In this document: positions 9,900-19,634 of the stretch, piece by piece
Layout: each line of letters opens with the position of its first letter
How positions within the stretch are numbered: position 1 is the first letter of the stretch
Origin: Anaeromyxobacteraceae bacterium
Lineage (GTDB): Bacteria > Myxococcota > Myxococcia > Myxococcales > Anaeromyxobacteraceae
Reading direction: 5' to 3'
Assembly: GCA_047602405.1 (NCBI GenBank)
Contig: JASGHJ010000002.1
Coordinates: 3,200,001 to 3,264,000, forward strand
Length of the DNA stretch: 64,000 nucleotides
Position numbers and translations under genes: made by a program
The notes under the pieces: model-generated
Database searches by the model: none
What the model was told of the DNA's origin: nothing
What the model saw: only the letters and a program-made list of their open reading frames with translations

Positions 9900-10316
9900 A
9901 TGGACACGACCCCCGACCCCATCCTCCGCGGCACCGCCCACCTCCCCTGGCTCGCGATCGCGCCCGGCTTCTCGCTCAAGGTCCTCCACGGCACGCGCGA
10001 CGAGGACACCCGCGCGCTCCTCCTCCGGCTCGAGCCCGGGACGAAGATCGCCCGGCACCGCCACGAGGGCGAGGTGCACGCCCTCAACCTCGCCGGCACC
10101 CGCCGGCTCGACACGGGCGAGCTCGTCGGCCCGGGCGGCTACGTGCACGAGCCCGCCGGGAACGAGGACAGCTGGGAGGCGGTGGGCGACGAGCCCGTGG
10201 TGGTGTTCGTCACGGTGCGCGGCGCGATGCAGACGCTCGGGCTCCCGCCCGGCGAGGGCCGCACGACGACCGCCTCGCTCGCCGCGGCCTACCGGAAGGC
10301 CCTCGCCGATCCCTGA
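9900..10316 (+). CDS. Cupin protein (ChrR-like/2,4'-dihydroxyacetophenone dioxygenase-like)
   Basis: RHRHEGEVH, GGYVHEPAG; divergent from the MocR regulator. Confidence 0.75.
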   Translation: MDTTPDPILRGTAHLPWLAIAPGFSLKVLHGTRDEDTRALLLRLEPGTKIARHRHEGEVHALNLAGTRRLDTGELVGPGGYVHEPAGNEDSWEAVGDEPVVVFVTVRGAMQTLGLPPGEGRTTTASLAAAYRKALADP

Positions 10317-10472
10317 CGCCCGGCCGGGACGGGGAGCGTGACGCACTGCGCGCGCACCTCACGGTGCACGCTCAGTGGGGGCACCCCACGGAGGCAGCGC
10401 AGCCGGCCGGCCGCGGACCTAGACGAACCGGGCAGCCCTCTTCCCCTCGCTCCACCGTCTCCGGAGGTGCCC

Positions 10473-11615
10473 ATGGCCCGCTCCCGCCTGACCGCTCTCG
10501 CGCCGCTCGCCGCGGCGCTCACCCTCGCCTGCGCCCGGCCTCCCGACGGCGCCACCGCCTCGAGCGCCGACGGCCTCGGCGGCGGACGCCCGCCCCGCGC
10601 GCCGACCGTCACGGCGCAGGCGAGCGGCACCCCGAACGGCCTCATCGCCGTGAGCGCGGTGAACGACCGGGTCGCGTGGGCGGCCGGGCGGGCCGGCACG
10701 TACGCGGTGACGACCGACGGCGGCGATCACTGGCGCGCGGGGGTCGTCCCGGGCGCGGAGGCGTTGCAGTTCCGCGACGTCGAGGCCGTGAGCGCCCGCA
10801 CCGCGTACCTCCTCTCCATCGGCACCGGCACCGACTCGCGCATCTACAGGACCGAGGACGGCGGCGCGACCTGGGCGATGCAGTTCCAGAACACGAACCC
10901 GGACGCGTTCTACGACTGCTTCGCGTTCTGGGGGCGCGACCGCGGGTTCGCGATGTCCGACTCGGTCGCCGGGGTGTGGCCGTTCGTGCGTACGCTCGAC
11001 GGCACGAGCTGGCAGAGCATCGCCGCGAACATGCCACCCGCGCTGCCGGGCGAGGCGGGCTTTGCGTCGAGCGGCACCTGCGCCGCCACGCAGGGGCGCC
11101 GGAACGGCTGGTTCGTGACCGGCGGCGTGGCGCCGGCCCGGATCATCGCCACCCGCGACGGCGGCGAGAGCTGGACCGCCTACACCTCGCCGATCCCGGG
11201 CTCGCCCTCGGGCGGCAACTTCAGCGTCGCGTTCCGCGACGGCCGCCACGGCGCGGTGGCAGGCGGCGACCTCGACCCCGCCGCGCCTCCGGCGCCCACG
11301 TTCGCGACCAGCGCCGACGGCGGCGCGACCTGGACGGCGCGCACCAACCCGCCGGTCGGCGTCGTCTTCGGCATCGCGTACGTCTCCGGGGACGGCCGCG
11401 GCGACGGCGACGACGAGGACGGCGACGACGATGGCGGCCCCTACCGGCGCGCCGTGGTCGCGACCGGCCCCGGCGGCACCGCGTGGTCCACCGACGAGGG
11501 CGCCACGTGGCAGGCGATCCCGGACGTCACGGGCTGCTGGGCGACGACCTTCTCGAGCCCGCGCGCCGGGTGGCTCGCCTGCACCGGCGGCCGGATCTTC
11601 AAGGTGAGCTTCTAG
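10473..11615 (+). CDS. BNR/Asp-box beta-propeller lipoprotein (YCF48-like)
   Basis: GGAGG RBS, lipobox LTLAC, repeated T-x-D-G-G-x-x-W. Confidence 0.85.
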   Translation: MARSRLTALAPLAAALTLACARPPDGATASSADGLGGGRPPRAPTVTAQASGTPNGLIAVSAVNDRVAWAAGRAGTYAVTTDGGDHWRAGVVPGAEALQFRDVEAVSARTAYLLSIGTGTDSRIYRTEDGGATWAMQFQNTNPDAFYDCFAFWGRDRGFAMSDSVAGVWPFVRTLDGTSWQSIAANMPPALPGEAGFASSGTCAATQGRRNGWFVTGGVAPARIIATRDGGESWTAYTSPIPGSPSGGNFSVAFRDGRHGAVAGGDLDPAAPPAPTFATSADGGATWTARTNPPVGVVFGIAYVSGDGRGDGDDEDGDDDGGPYRRAVVATGPGGTAWSTDEGATWQAIPDVTGCWATTFSSPRAGWLACTGGRIFKVSF

Positions 11616-11989
11616 GCGCTGAAGGCCGAGGCCTGGGACGACGGCGCGCCCTCCTTCGGGTTCGGGCCGTACTCGTTCGTCCCCGGCTTCGAGTCCTGCG
11701 CCATGAAGATGATGAGCACGATGAGCCCGATCACCGGCACGAAGCCGATCAGGATCCACCAGCCGCTGCGGCTGGTGTCGTGCAGGCGGCGCACCGTCAC
11801 GGCGAGGCTGGGGAGGAGCACGCCGAGGCTGTAGAGCGTGCCCAGGAACAGCGTGCCGAGCACCCCGTCGACGAGCATCAACCCGACGCTCACCGCGAGG
11901 TTGATGAGCAGGAACATCCAGTACTCGGTGCGGCGCGCGCGACCGTTGAACTCCACGTACTTCTTGAGCACGCCCAGGTACCAGTCCAT
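11612..11989 (-). CDS. DUF805 (YhaH-like) membrane protein
   Basis: FNGRARRTEYW, VRRLHDTSRSGWW, NEYGPNP. Confidence 0.92.
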   Translation of the reverse strand: MDWYLGVLKKYVEFNGRARRTEYWMFLLINLAVSVGLMLVDGVLGTLFLGTLYSLGVLLPSLAVTVRRLHDTSRSGWWILIGFVPVIGLIVLIIFMAQDSKPGTNEYGPNPKEGAPSSQASAFSA

Positions 11990-12123
11990 CGAAGTCCCCT
12001 TTCCCTCTCCCAGGGTGGCCCGCCGAGCGCACGCACGGCGCAGGTTCACCGAAGGTGGGCGATGTTAGGGGTCCGGGTTCCGCGCCGGCAAGCGACGAGT
12101 CGGCGGGAACCCGGCAGGGTCGT

Positions 12124-13755
12124 CTACGGCCAGTAGCGGGAGACGGCGAAGTCGTTGTTCGAGCCGTTCGCGCCGCCGGCGAGCAGGATGCGGGTGGTCG
12201 GCACCCGCTCGTCCGGCTGGAGGGCCAGCGCGTGCGCGGCGTCGCTCTTCGCGCCGGCGACCGGGGTCACGGTGCGGCCCGCGGCGCCGAAGCCGGCGTC
12301 GGGCTTCCCGTCCTCGAGGAACCGGAGCACGGCGAAGTCCGCCGACGAGCCCGCCCCCGAGTACACCCAGCCGCCGGCGACGACGCGTCCGTCGGCCTGG
12401 ACCGCGACCGCCGTCGCCTCGTCCCAGTTCGTCGCGCTCACCGGCGCGACGATCTTGCCCGCCGCGCCGAAGCCGGCGTCCGGCGCGCCCGCCCCGTCGA
12501 GGCGGAGGAGCGCGAAGTCGTGCCCGGCGTGGCCCGCCACGACGACCTTGCCGTCGGGCTGCACCGTGAGCGCGTACGCCGAGCCGATGGAGGTGCCGAA
12601 CACGTTCGAGACGAGCCCGTCGCCCGCGAACGAGGCGTCGAGCGCCCCCGCCGCGGTGTACCGGGCCACCACGAAGTCGCCCTCGCCCCCCGCGACGACG
12701 ATGCGGGTCTCGCCGTCCACCGCCGCGAGCGCGACCGCGTAGGCGACGTCGCTGCCGGTGCCGGACTTCACCGGCGTCGTCACGAAGCCCTTCCCGCCCG
12801 CGAAGGCGGCGTCCGGGGCGCCCCCGGCGGTGAGCCGCGCGACCGCGAGGTCCTGGCCGGAGAGGTCCTGGGCGCTGTCGCCGGCGACCACGATCTTGCC
12901 GTCGGGCTGCACCGCGACGGCGCGGGCCTTGTCGACCCCGTTCCCGAGCGCGACGAGCGCGCGGCCCTGCGCGCCGAAGGCCGGGTCGGGCTGGCCGTCG
13001 GAGAGGAGGCGCACGACGAGGAAGTCGGTGCCGCTCCCGCCGCCGTCGGCGTGCCCGGCGAGGACGATCTTGCCGTCGGGCTGCAGCGCGATCGCGAGCG
13101 CCTTCGAGTCGCCGTTCCCGGCCTCGACGACCACCTTGCCCCCCTGGCCGAAGCCCGCGTCGAGCGCGCCGTCGCGGTCGTAGCGCACCACCGCGACGTC
13201 GGTGCCGGACACGCCGGTCGTCGAGCCCGCGACGACGATCTTCCCGTCGGGCTGCACCGCGATCGCCTCGGCGAAGTCCTCGCCGAGGCCGACCGGGGTC
13301 ACGACGGCGCCGCCGCCGAAGCTCGTGTCGAGGCTGCCGGCCGTGCCGAAGACGGTGACGCTCGCGGTGCGCGTGGCGGAGTCCGCGCCGGAGGTGCCCT
13401 TCACGGTGACGGGGGTGGGCAGGGAGTGCGGCGCGCCGGTCGCCGCCACGAAGGCGAGGTCGGCGGAGGTGGCGTTCGCGGCGATCGTCGCGGCCGGCAC
13501 GGTCACGCCGGCGGGGAGGCCGCTCGTCGAGAGCTCGATGGCGCCGGTGAAGCCGGCGGAGCGCACCGCGGTCACCGTGAGCGAGGCGATGGCGCCCTGG
13601 CCGACCGGCACGAGGGTGCGCTCGAGCTCGAGGGTGAACGCGGCGGGCGCGGGGCCCGGCCCGGGGCCGGGCGGGGGGGAGCCGCCGGAGTCCCCGCCGC
13701 CACAGGCGGCGAGGGCGAGCGAGGCGGCGAGGACGGCGTGCTGCAGGGGCTTCAT
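12124..13755 (-). CDS. Lipoprotein with delta-60-type repeats
   Basis: Lipobox LAACGG; repeated AVQPDGKIVVAG...DFAVxR...GxLDxxFG. Confidence 0.88.
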   Translation of the reverse strand: MKPLQHAVLAASLALAACGGGDSGGSPPPGPGPGPAPAAFTLELERTLVPVGQGAIASLTVTAVRSAGFTGAIELSTSGLPAGVTVPAATIAANATSADLAFVAATGAPHSLPTPVTVKGTSGADSATRTASVTVFGTAGSLDTSFGGGAVVTPVGLGEDFAEAIAVQPDGKIVVAGSTTGVSGTDVAVVRYDRDGALDAGFGQGGKVVVEAGNGDSKALAIALQPDGKIVLAGHADGGGSGTDFLVVRLLSDGQPDPAFGAQGRALVALGNGVDKARAVAVQPDGKIVVAGDSAQDLSGQDLAVARLTAGGAPDAAFAGGKGFVTTPVKSGTGSDVAYAVALAAVDGETRIVVAGGEGDFVVARYTAAGALDASFAGDGLVSNVFGTSIGSAYALTVQPDGKVVVAGHAGHDFALLRLDGAGAPDAGFGAAGKIVAPVSATNWDEATAVAVQADGRVVAGGWVYSGAGSSADFAVLRFLEDGKPDAGFGAAGRTVTPVAGAKSDAAHALALQPDERVPTTRILLAGGANGSNNDFAVSRYWP

Positions 13756-13901
13756 GTTCGGTCTTCCTTCCGAGGGGTCGTTTGAGCGCCCGAGTACGGC
13801 GAGCGCGGGCGTATCTTTCCTGCCCGTGCGGGTGCGCGGATCCTCAGAAGTCCCTCCGTCGATCTTGAGAGTTTCCTAAGCGCCCCCTCGAAGGGGGACC
13901 T

Positions 13902-15071
13902 TCACGTTCCGGCGATCGCGGGCGCCGGGCGCGGCGGCTCGATCCGGGTCCCCCTGCGGACCACGATCCGGTTGCCGCGCCAGGCGACGTCGCGGCGCAG
14001 GAGCCCCCACAGCCACGCGCCGCCGAGCACGAGGTCCTTCGCGGGCGCGAGCGCGAGGTGGCGGAGCCTCAGCCCGTGCCCGCGCAGGCGGGCCGCCATC
14101 GCGCCGTCGAGCACCGCCTTCGCGAGCGCGACCGCCCCCGCGAAGGCGAGCGTCGCGGCGCCCGGCTCGACGACCAGCGCCGCCGCCGCGAGCGCGGTCG
14201 GGTTGAGGAGGAGCTGGCCGACGTACGCGGCCTCGCCCACCGCCTGGCGCTGGAGCACCGCCCACCGCGCGTACCGCGCCGCGAAGCACCGCACCGACCG
14301 CCGGGCGCTCGGGTTCAGGATGGGCGCGTGCGAGACGGCGACGCGCTTCCCGAGCACGCGGCCCACCCGGGCGCCGAGCACCCAGTCCTCGGCGAGCACG
14401 TCCTTCACCGACTCGAACCCGCCGAGCGCCTCGAGGTCCTCCCGGCGGAGCGCCATCGACTTCCCCACCACGAAGTCGTGGCCGGCGAGGCGCTTCGCGG
14501 CCACCACGCCGGCCGCGATGGCCGAGGCGAGGTGGAGGTGGTCCATGGCGGAGCCGGCCCGCTCCTCGTCGACGCCCGCGATCGCGTGGGTGACGAGGCC
14601 CACCTCCGGGTCCTCGAGCAGCGCGGCGATCCCGGCGAGGTAACCCGGCGGGACCCGCACGTTCGAGTCCGAGACGACGAGCACGCCGTGCCGGGCCTCG
14701 CGCGCGAGGGTGACGAGCTGGTTCACCTTCGGGTTCATGCCCGGCTCGCCGCGCTGCACGACGAGGCGGAAGCGCCCCGGCCACCGGCGCAGGGCCTCGC
14801 GCGCGGCCGGCACGGCGTCGTCGTCGAGCGAGCGGACGCCGAGCAGGACCTCGTAGGCCGGGTGCTCCTGGCGCGCGAACGAGGCGAGGTTCTCGAGGAG
14901 CCCCTCGTCGAGGCCGCACAGCGGCTTCAGCACCGAGACCGGCGCGAGCGCACCGCGCGGCGCGGGGTCCCGGCCGCGGAGGTGCAGGCGGAGGAGGAGG
15001 TGCGTGACCGCCACGAGCAGGAGCCCGGTGCAGGCGGCGGCGAGGAGCGCGTTCGACAGGGAGGTGAGCAG
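13902..15071 (-). CDS. Ceramide glucosyltransferase/HpnI-like glycosyltransferase; probable CTG start
   Basis: SVLKPLCG, NPKVNQL, SDSNV, GKSMA, LAEDW, RWA; AAGGAGG 5 nt before CTG 15071. Confidence 0.85.
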   Translation of the reverse strand: MLTSLSNALLAAACTGLLLVAVTHLLLRLHLRGRDPAPRGALAPVSVLKPLCGLDEGLLENLASFARQEHPAYEVLLGVRSLDDDAVPAAREALRRWPGRFRLVVQRGEPGMNPKVNQLVTLAREARHGVLVVSDSNVRVPPGYLAGIAALLEDPEVGLVTHAIAGVDEERAGSAMDHLHLASAIAAGVVAAKRLAGHDFVVGKSMALRREDLEALGGFESVKDVLAEDWVLGARVGRVLGKRVAVSHAPILNPSARRSVRCFAARYARWAVLQRQAVGEAAYVGQLLLNPTALAAAALVVEPGAATLAFAGAVALAKAVLDGAMAARLRGHGLRLRHLALAPAKDLVLGGAWLWGLLRRDVAWRGNRIVVRRGTRIEPPRPAPAIAGT

Positions 15072-15082
15072 GGAGGCCTCCT

Positions 15083-15841
15083 TCAGGCGGCGACCGGGGC
15101 CGCGATGGAGAGCTCGAGCCAGCGCTCGGAGACGATCCGGCCGCCGGCGTGGCCGACGAGCCGCGCCCGCCCGAGCTCCGGGGTCGAGCCGGCGTTGAGG
15201 ATGCGGAGCGGCCGGCCGGCGAGCGACGGCAGCGTGAAGGAGGCCTCCGCGTGGCGGTGGCCGTGGGCGACGAGATCGCAGCGCCCGCGGAGCGCGGCGG
15301 CGAGCTCGCGCCCGAGCCCGAGCTCGCTCGCGTGCGGCCAGCCGAGCCAGGTCACGAGCCGCTCGCCGAGGTGGTCCGCCGGGAGGCGCACGAGGTGGTG
15401 GTGGAGCGCGAGCGCCACGAGCGCGCCGCGCGGCGCCGCGGCGACCGCGCCCTCCACGGCCTCGATGTCCTCCCAGCCGAGCTGGCCGTGGGCGCTCACG
15501 AGGTCGCGGTTGTGGGGCGCCGTCGAGTCGAGCCGCACGACGTGCAGCCCCGGGCGCGCGACCACGTCCACGCGCGCCCCCCGCATCACGCGCTCGCCGG
15601 CGTCCTCGCCGAGCCGGTCGTGGTTGCCGGGCACGACGATCATGCGGTCGGCCACGGGCTCGAACGCGTCGAGGAAGGCGAGGTACTCCCGGTGTCGTCC
15701 CCGGTGCGTCACGTCCCCGGTCACGAGCACGTCGTCGACGCCCGCTTCGGCGAGCGTACGCCCGAGCGCGCGGGTCCGGGCGTCGGTCTTCTCGTCGCGC
15801 CCGACGTGGAGATCCGAGACGTGTGCGAGGGTCCGTTCCAG
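15083..15841 (-). CDS. Calcineurin-like metallophosphoesterase; probable CTG start
   Basis: AHVSDLHVG, TGDVT, PGNHD, HHH, HGHRH; first motif lies upstream of the first canonical start. Confidence 0.85.
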   Translation of the reverse strand: MERTLAHVSDLHVGRDEKTDARTRALGRTLAEAGVDDVLVTGDVTHRGRHREYLAFLDAFEPVADRMIVVPGNHDRLGEDAGERVMRGARVDVVARPGLHVVRLDSTAPHNRDLVSAHGQLGWEDIEAVEGAVAAAPRGALVALALHHHLVRLPADHLGERLVTWLGWPHASELGLGRELAAALRGRCDLVAHGHRHAEASFTLPSLAGRPLRILNAGSTPELGRARLVGHAGGRIVSERWLELSIAAPVAA

Positions 15842-15913
15842 GCGTTCGCTCCTCCTCGCCCGCGGAGTCTGGACGCCCTCCGTGACGGGGAGCGGTCGGC
15901 CGGAGCGCGTTCG

Positions 15914-16015
15914 CGTGAACTCTCCCCGGGAGCGGAGCCCTGTCTCCCGAGTCGGAGACGGCGACCCACCGGTGCACGGAGACCCACTCCGTCGCGCCCC
16001 GCTCGGGGATTCACG
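15914..16015 (-). other. Candidate structured RNA leader
   Basis: Long closing stem with two clear internal hairpins (see findings). Confidence 0.35.
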
Positions 16016-16250
16016 AACGGTCCAGGCAAGTGAAAATTACTGAAGGGACCCGGTAACAAAGCGCAGGGCCTGCGCAGATCGCGACAGGCTGTCTACCCCA
16101 AAAAGACGTTTTGATATCGAGGCCTTGTAGCGCACCCAACATGGATTCCCGTGTCCTTCGGGCATGGTGCAGGGGCAACGTTTGCTTTCGCCGCCTCGTC
16201 CGGGTCGCGCACGGATCCGTCCGGGCGCGCTTCTTGAAGAAGCCACCCCC

Positions 16251-16430
16251 GTGGACGCGATCTTCCAGGTGCTCGCGACGGTGGCGACGGTCCTCGGGAT
16301 CTGGACCGCGGCCTCCGTGGTCGCGACGCCGGTGTTCGTGCTCGCGCTCCGCTCGACCGCGCGGATCAACGCGCGCTTCGACCAGGAGGCCCGCCGCGAC
16401 GCGTGGCTGTCCGCGTCGAACGAGGCGTGA
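16251..16430 (+). CDS. Small membrane protein (59 aa)
   Basis: GTG start, hydrophobic N-terminal helix, fills intergenic gap. Confidence 0.5.
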   Translation: MDAIFQVLATVATVLGIWTAASVVATPVFVLALRSTARINARFDQEARRDAWLSASNEA

Positions 16431-16438
16431 GCCGCGCC

Positions 16439-18511
16439 TCAGGCCGACGCCGCCGCTCCATCCCCCGCCGGTTGCAGCATCCACCGCGCCGCCGCGACCG
16501 CCTCGCCGCTGCCGGCGAGCGCGAGCACGTCGCCCGCGCGCAGCACCTCGCGCGCGGACGGCACGGTCACCGCGGCGTCGGGCCGCCAGATCGCGAGCAC
16601 GGTCGCGCCGGTGAGGCCGCGCAGGTCGAGCTCCGCGAGGGAGCGCCCGCAGGCCGGGCTCGCGGGCACGATCCGCACGGCGACGGGATCGCCGAGCCCC
16701 GGGAAGAGCGCGCGGACCTGGGCCATGGGATCGCCGGCCCCGTCGGGCCGCGCCTGCCGCGCGAGGGCCTCCACCATGGCCTGCGCGCTCGCCTTCACGT
16801 GCCCCTGCAGGCCGGTGGCGCCGCGCCAGACCGCGACGCCGAGCACGGCGAGGAGGAGCGCCACGAACGCCGCGCCGGGCGCGCCGGGGAGGAACGGCTG
16901 GGTGACCGCGACGACGGGCGCGCTGACGGCGAGCACGGTGGCGAGCTGGATCGTGAGCGCGAGCGTGCGGCGCGGCGCGGCCCCGAGGTCCGCCTTGCCC
17001 ACCTCCGCCCCCGGGAGCGCGCTCGCGGCGAGCGCCTCGCCGAACCTGCGGGCGTTCCGCAGGATGCCCACGAGGAACGGCAGCGCCGCGGCCGCCGCGA
17101 GCACCGCCACGCCCCAGCGCACCACGCGGAGGTCCGCCTCGAGCCGCGCCGCGATCGCCGCCGCGGCGCGGTCGGCCGCGAGCGCGGCGCCGACGACGAG
17201 CGCCGCCACGACCGCCGCGTCGATCGCGAGCACGCGCAGCGCCCGGCGGGTGGCGGCCGCCGCGGTGCCCCCGGCGGGCGCCTGCCGCACGCGCTCGAGC
17301 CAGCTGCCGTAGAGCGAGGCCACCGTCTGGAGCGGGCGGGGCAGCCGCCGGTCGACCCAGGACGCCGCCGGGCCCGACGCGCGGATGAGCCACGGCGTCG
17401 TGAGGGTGGTGATGGCCGACACCGAGACCGCGACCGGGTAGAGGAAGTCGCGCGTCGCGCCGAGCGAGAGCCCGAGGCCGGCGATGATGAAGGAGAACTC
17501 GCCGATCTGCGCGAGGCTCATGGCGGCCTGCACCGAGGTGCGGGTGCCCTGCCCGGTCAGGAACGCGCCCGCCGTGACGCCGACGAGCTTCCCGCCGAGC
17601 ACGATGCCGGTGAAGATCGCGATGGCGCCGGCGTGGCGGGCGAGCAGCCCGAAGTCGAGCATCATCCCGACCGAGACGAAGAACACCGCCGCGAACACGT
17701 CGCGCACGGGCTGCACGAGCTCCTCGATGGCGTGCGCCTCGCCGGACTCGGCGACGAGTGACCCGGCGATGAACGCGCCGAGCGCGACCGAGTAGCCGAC
17801 CTCCTGCGCGAGCAGCGCCACCCCGAAGCAGAGCCCGAGGACCGCCACCAGCGTCGTCTCGGGCCGGCCGATGCGCCGGACCCAGCGCACCGCCCGCGGC
17901 ACGACGAGCATGCCGGCGCCGAGCAGCACCACGAGGAAGCCGACGAGCCGCGCCAGCGTCACGAGGAGCGCGTCCGCGGAGAGCCCGGCGCCCTTCGCGA
18001 GCGTGGTGAGGAGGGCCATGAGGAGGATCGCGACGAGGTCCTCGACCACGAGCACCCCGACCACGAGGTCGCGCAGCCGCCCCTTCACCCCGAGCTCGTC
18101 GAACGCCTTCGCGATGATGGTGGTGGAGGAGATCGCCACCGCCGCCCCGGCGAAGAGGCTCTCGAGCACCGTCCAGCCCAGCAGCCGCCCCGCCACGAAG
18201 CCGAGCCAGAGCACGAGGCTCGACTGCACGATCGCGGTCACCCCCGCGGTCGGCCCGACCTTGACGAGCTTCCCGAGGCTGAACTCGAGGCCGAGCGCGA
18301 ACATCAGCAGGATGACGCCCAGCTCGGAGAGCGTCTGCACGATGGCCGGGTCGGCGACGAGCGGGATCGGGACGTGCGGCCCGACGACGATGCCCGCGAG
18401 GACGTACCCGAGCACCACCGGCTGGCGGAGCTTCTGGAAGAGCACGGTGGTCACCGCGGCCACGCCGAGGACGACGGTGAGGGCGACGAGGAAGTCGTGG
18501 GCGCCGTGCAT
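16439..18511 (-). CDS. CPA2 cation:proton antiporter with C-terminal RCK_C domain
   Basis: LMFALGLEFS, ISSTTII, VVEDL, QIGEFSF, LDLRGLTGATVLAI. Confidence 0.9.
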   Translation of the reverse strand: MHGAHDFLVALTVVLGVAAVTTVLFQKLRQPVVLGYVLAGIVVGPHVPIPLVADPAIVQTLSELGVILLMFALGLEFSLGKLVKVGPTAGVTAIVQSSLVLWLGFVAGRLLGWTVLESLFAGAAVAISSTTIIAKAFDELGVKGRLRDLVVGVLVVEDLVAILLMALLTTLAKGAGLSADALLVTLARLVGFLVVLLGAGMLVVPRAVRWVRRIGRPETTLVAVLGLCFGVALLAQEVGYSVALGAFIAGSLVAESGEAHAIEELVQPVRDVFAAVFFVSVGMMLDFGLLARHAGAIAIFTGIVLGGKLVGVTAGAFLTGQGTRTSVQAAMSLAQIGEFSFIIAGLGLSLGATRDFLYPVAVSVSAITTLTTPWLIRASGPAASWVDRRLPRPLQTVASLYGSWLERVRQAPAGGTAAAATRRALRVLAIDAAVVAALVVGAALAADRAAAAIAARLEADLRVVRWGVAVLAAAAALPFLVGILRNARRFGEALAASALPGAEVGKADLGAAPRRTLALTIQLATVLAVSAPVVAVTQPFLPGAPGAAFVALLLAVLGVAVWRGATGLQGHVKASAQAMVEALARQARPDGAGDPMAQVRALFPGLGDPVAVRIVPASPACGRSLAELDLRGLTGATVLAIWRPDAAVTVPSAREVLRAGDVLALAGSGEAVAAARWMLQPAGDGAAASA

Positions 18512-18596
18512 CGCGGCGCCAGGTGTAACGCATCTGCGCGGCGCACGCCCGCTCGATCGCTGCGCCCCGGCCGGAGGCTTCACAACCTGTCTCTTG

Positions 18597-19634
18597 ATGG
18601 CCGGCGCGCTCGCCCACGTGGTCCGAAGCTTCCTCGGCCCGCGCGGGCGGCGCCGGCCACTCCGCGAGCAGGTCGTGGTCGTGACCGGCGCCTCGTCCGG
18701 CGTGGGCCGCGCGATCGCGCGCGCGTTCGGGGCGAAGGGCGCGCGGGTGGGGCTCGTCGCCCGCAACGCCGGGGCGCTGGAGCGCGCCGCCGAGGAGATC
18801 CGGGCGTCCGGTGGCCGGGCGCTCGCCCTCCCCCTCGACGTCGCCGACGCCGCGGCGGTCGAGGGCGCCGCCGCCGAGGTGGAGCGGCGGCTCGGCCCCA
18901 TCGACACCTGGGTGAACGACGCGATGGTCTCGGTCTTCGCGCCGGCGCTCGAGATCACGCCCGACGAGTTCCGGCGCGTGACCGAGGTGACCTACCTCGG
19001 CTACGTGCACGGCACCCTGGCCGCGCTCCGCCGGATGGTGCCCCGCGACGACGGCCTCGTGATCCAGATCGGCTCCGCCCTCGCCTACCGCTCCATCCCG
19101 CTCCAGAGCGCCTACTGCGCCGCGAAGGCCGCGGTGCGCGGGTTCACCGACTCGGTGCGCTCCGAGCTCATCCACGCGCGGAGCAGGGTCCGCCTCTCGC
19201 ACCTGCACCTCCCGGCCGTGAACACGCCGCAGTTCGACGTGGTCCGCTCGCGCCTGCCGCGCGAGGGGCGCCCGGTGGGCGCGGTCTTCCAGCCGGAGCT
19301 GGTCGCGCGGGCCTGCCTGCGCGTCGCCGAGCGCCCGGTCCGCGAGCTCTGGATCGCGGGCTCGACCGTGAAGGCCATCGCCGGCCAGCGCCTCGCGGCG
19401 CCCTACGCCGACTGGCGCCTCGCCTCGATGGCCTGGGACGGACAGATGACGGACCGGCCGCGCCGGCCGCGGCCGGACAACCTCTTCGAGACGATGCCCG
19501 GCGATCGCGGCGCCCGCGGCCGGTTCGACCGAGAGGCGCGCGGGTTCTCGCTGGAGCTGTTCGCGCGGTTGCACCCGGTGCTCACGGCGGTCGCCCTCGC
19601 CGCGAGCGCCCGGGTCATCGCGAGGGCCGTCTGA
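18597..19634 (+). CDS. SDR oxidoreductase
   Basis: TGASSGVG, SAYCAAK (YxxxK). Confidence 0.9.
   Translation: MAGALAHVVRSFLGPRGRRRPLREQVVVVTGASSGVGRAIARAFGAKGARVGLVARNAGALERAAEEIRASGGRALALPLDVADAAAVEGAAAEVERRLGPIDTWVNDAMVSVFAPALEITPDEFRRVTEVTYLGYVHGTLAALRRMVPRDDGLVIQIGSALAYRSIPLQSAYCAAKAAVRGFTDSVRSELIHARSRVRLSHLHLPAVNTPQFDVVRSRLPREGRPVGAVFQPELVARACLRVAERPVRELWIAGSTVKAIAGQRLAAPYADWRLASMAWDGQMTDRPRRPRPDNLFETMPGDRGARGRFDREARGFSLELFARLHPVLTAVALAASARVIARAV

Noticed and set aside
11390..11440. Asp/Gly-rich GAC repeat in the BNR protein
   Set aside because: Short in-frame low-complexity loop, no further support for function
12124..13330. Repeated DNA motifs (CCGTCGGGCTGCA) as CRISPR or mobile repeats
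   Set aside because: They encode the QPDGK protein repeats
16170..16190. Sigma-54-like GG-N10-GC here (also near 57004 and 57133)
   Set aside because: Poor match to TGGCAC or TTGC; expected by chance at this GC
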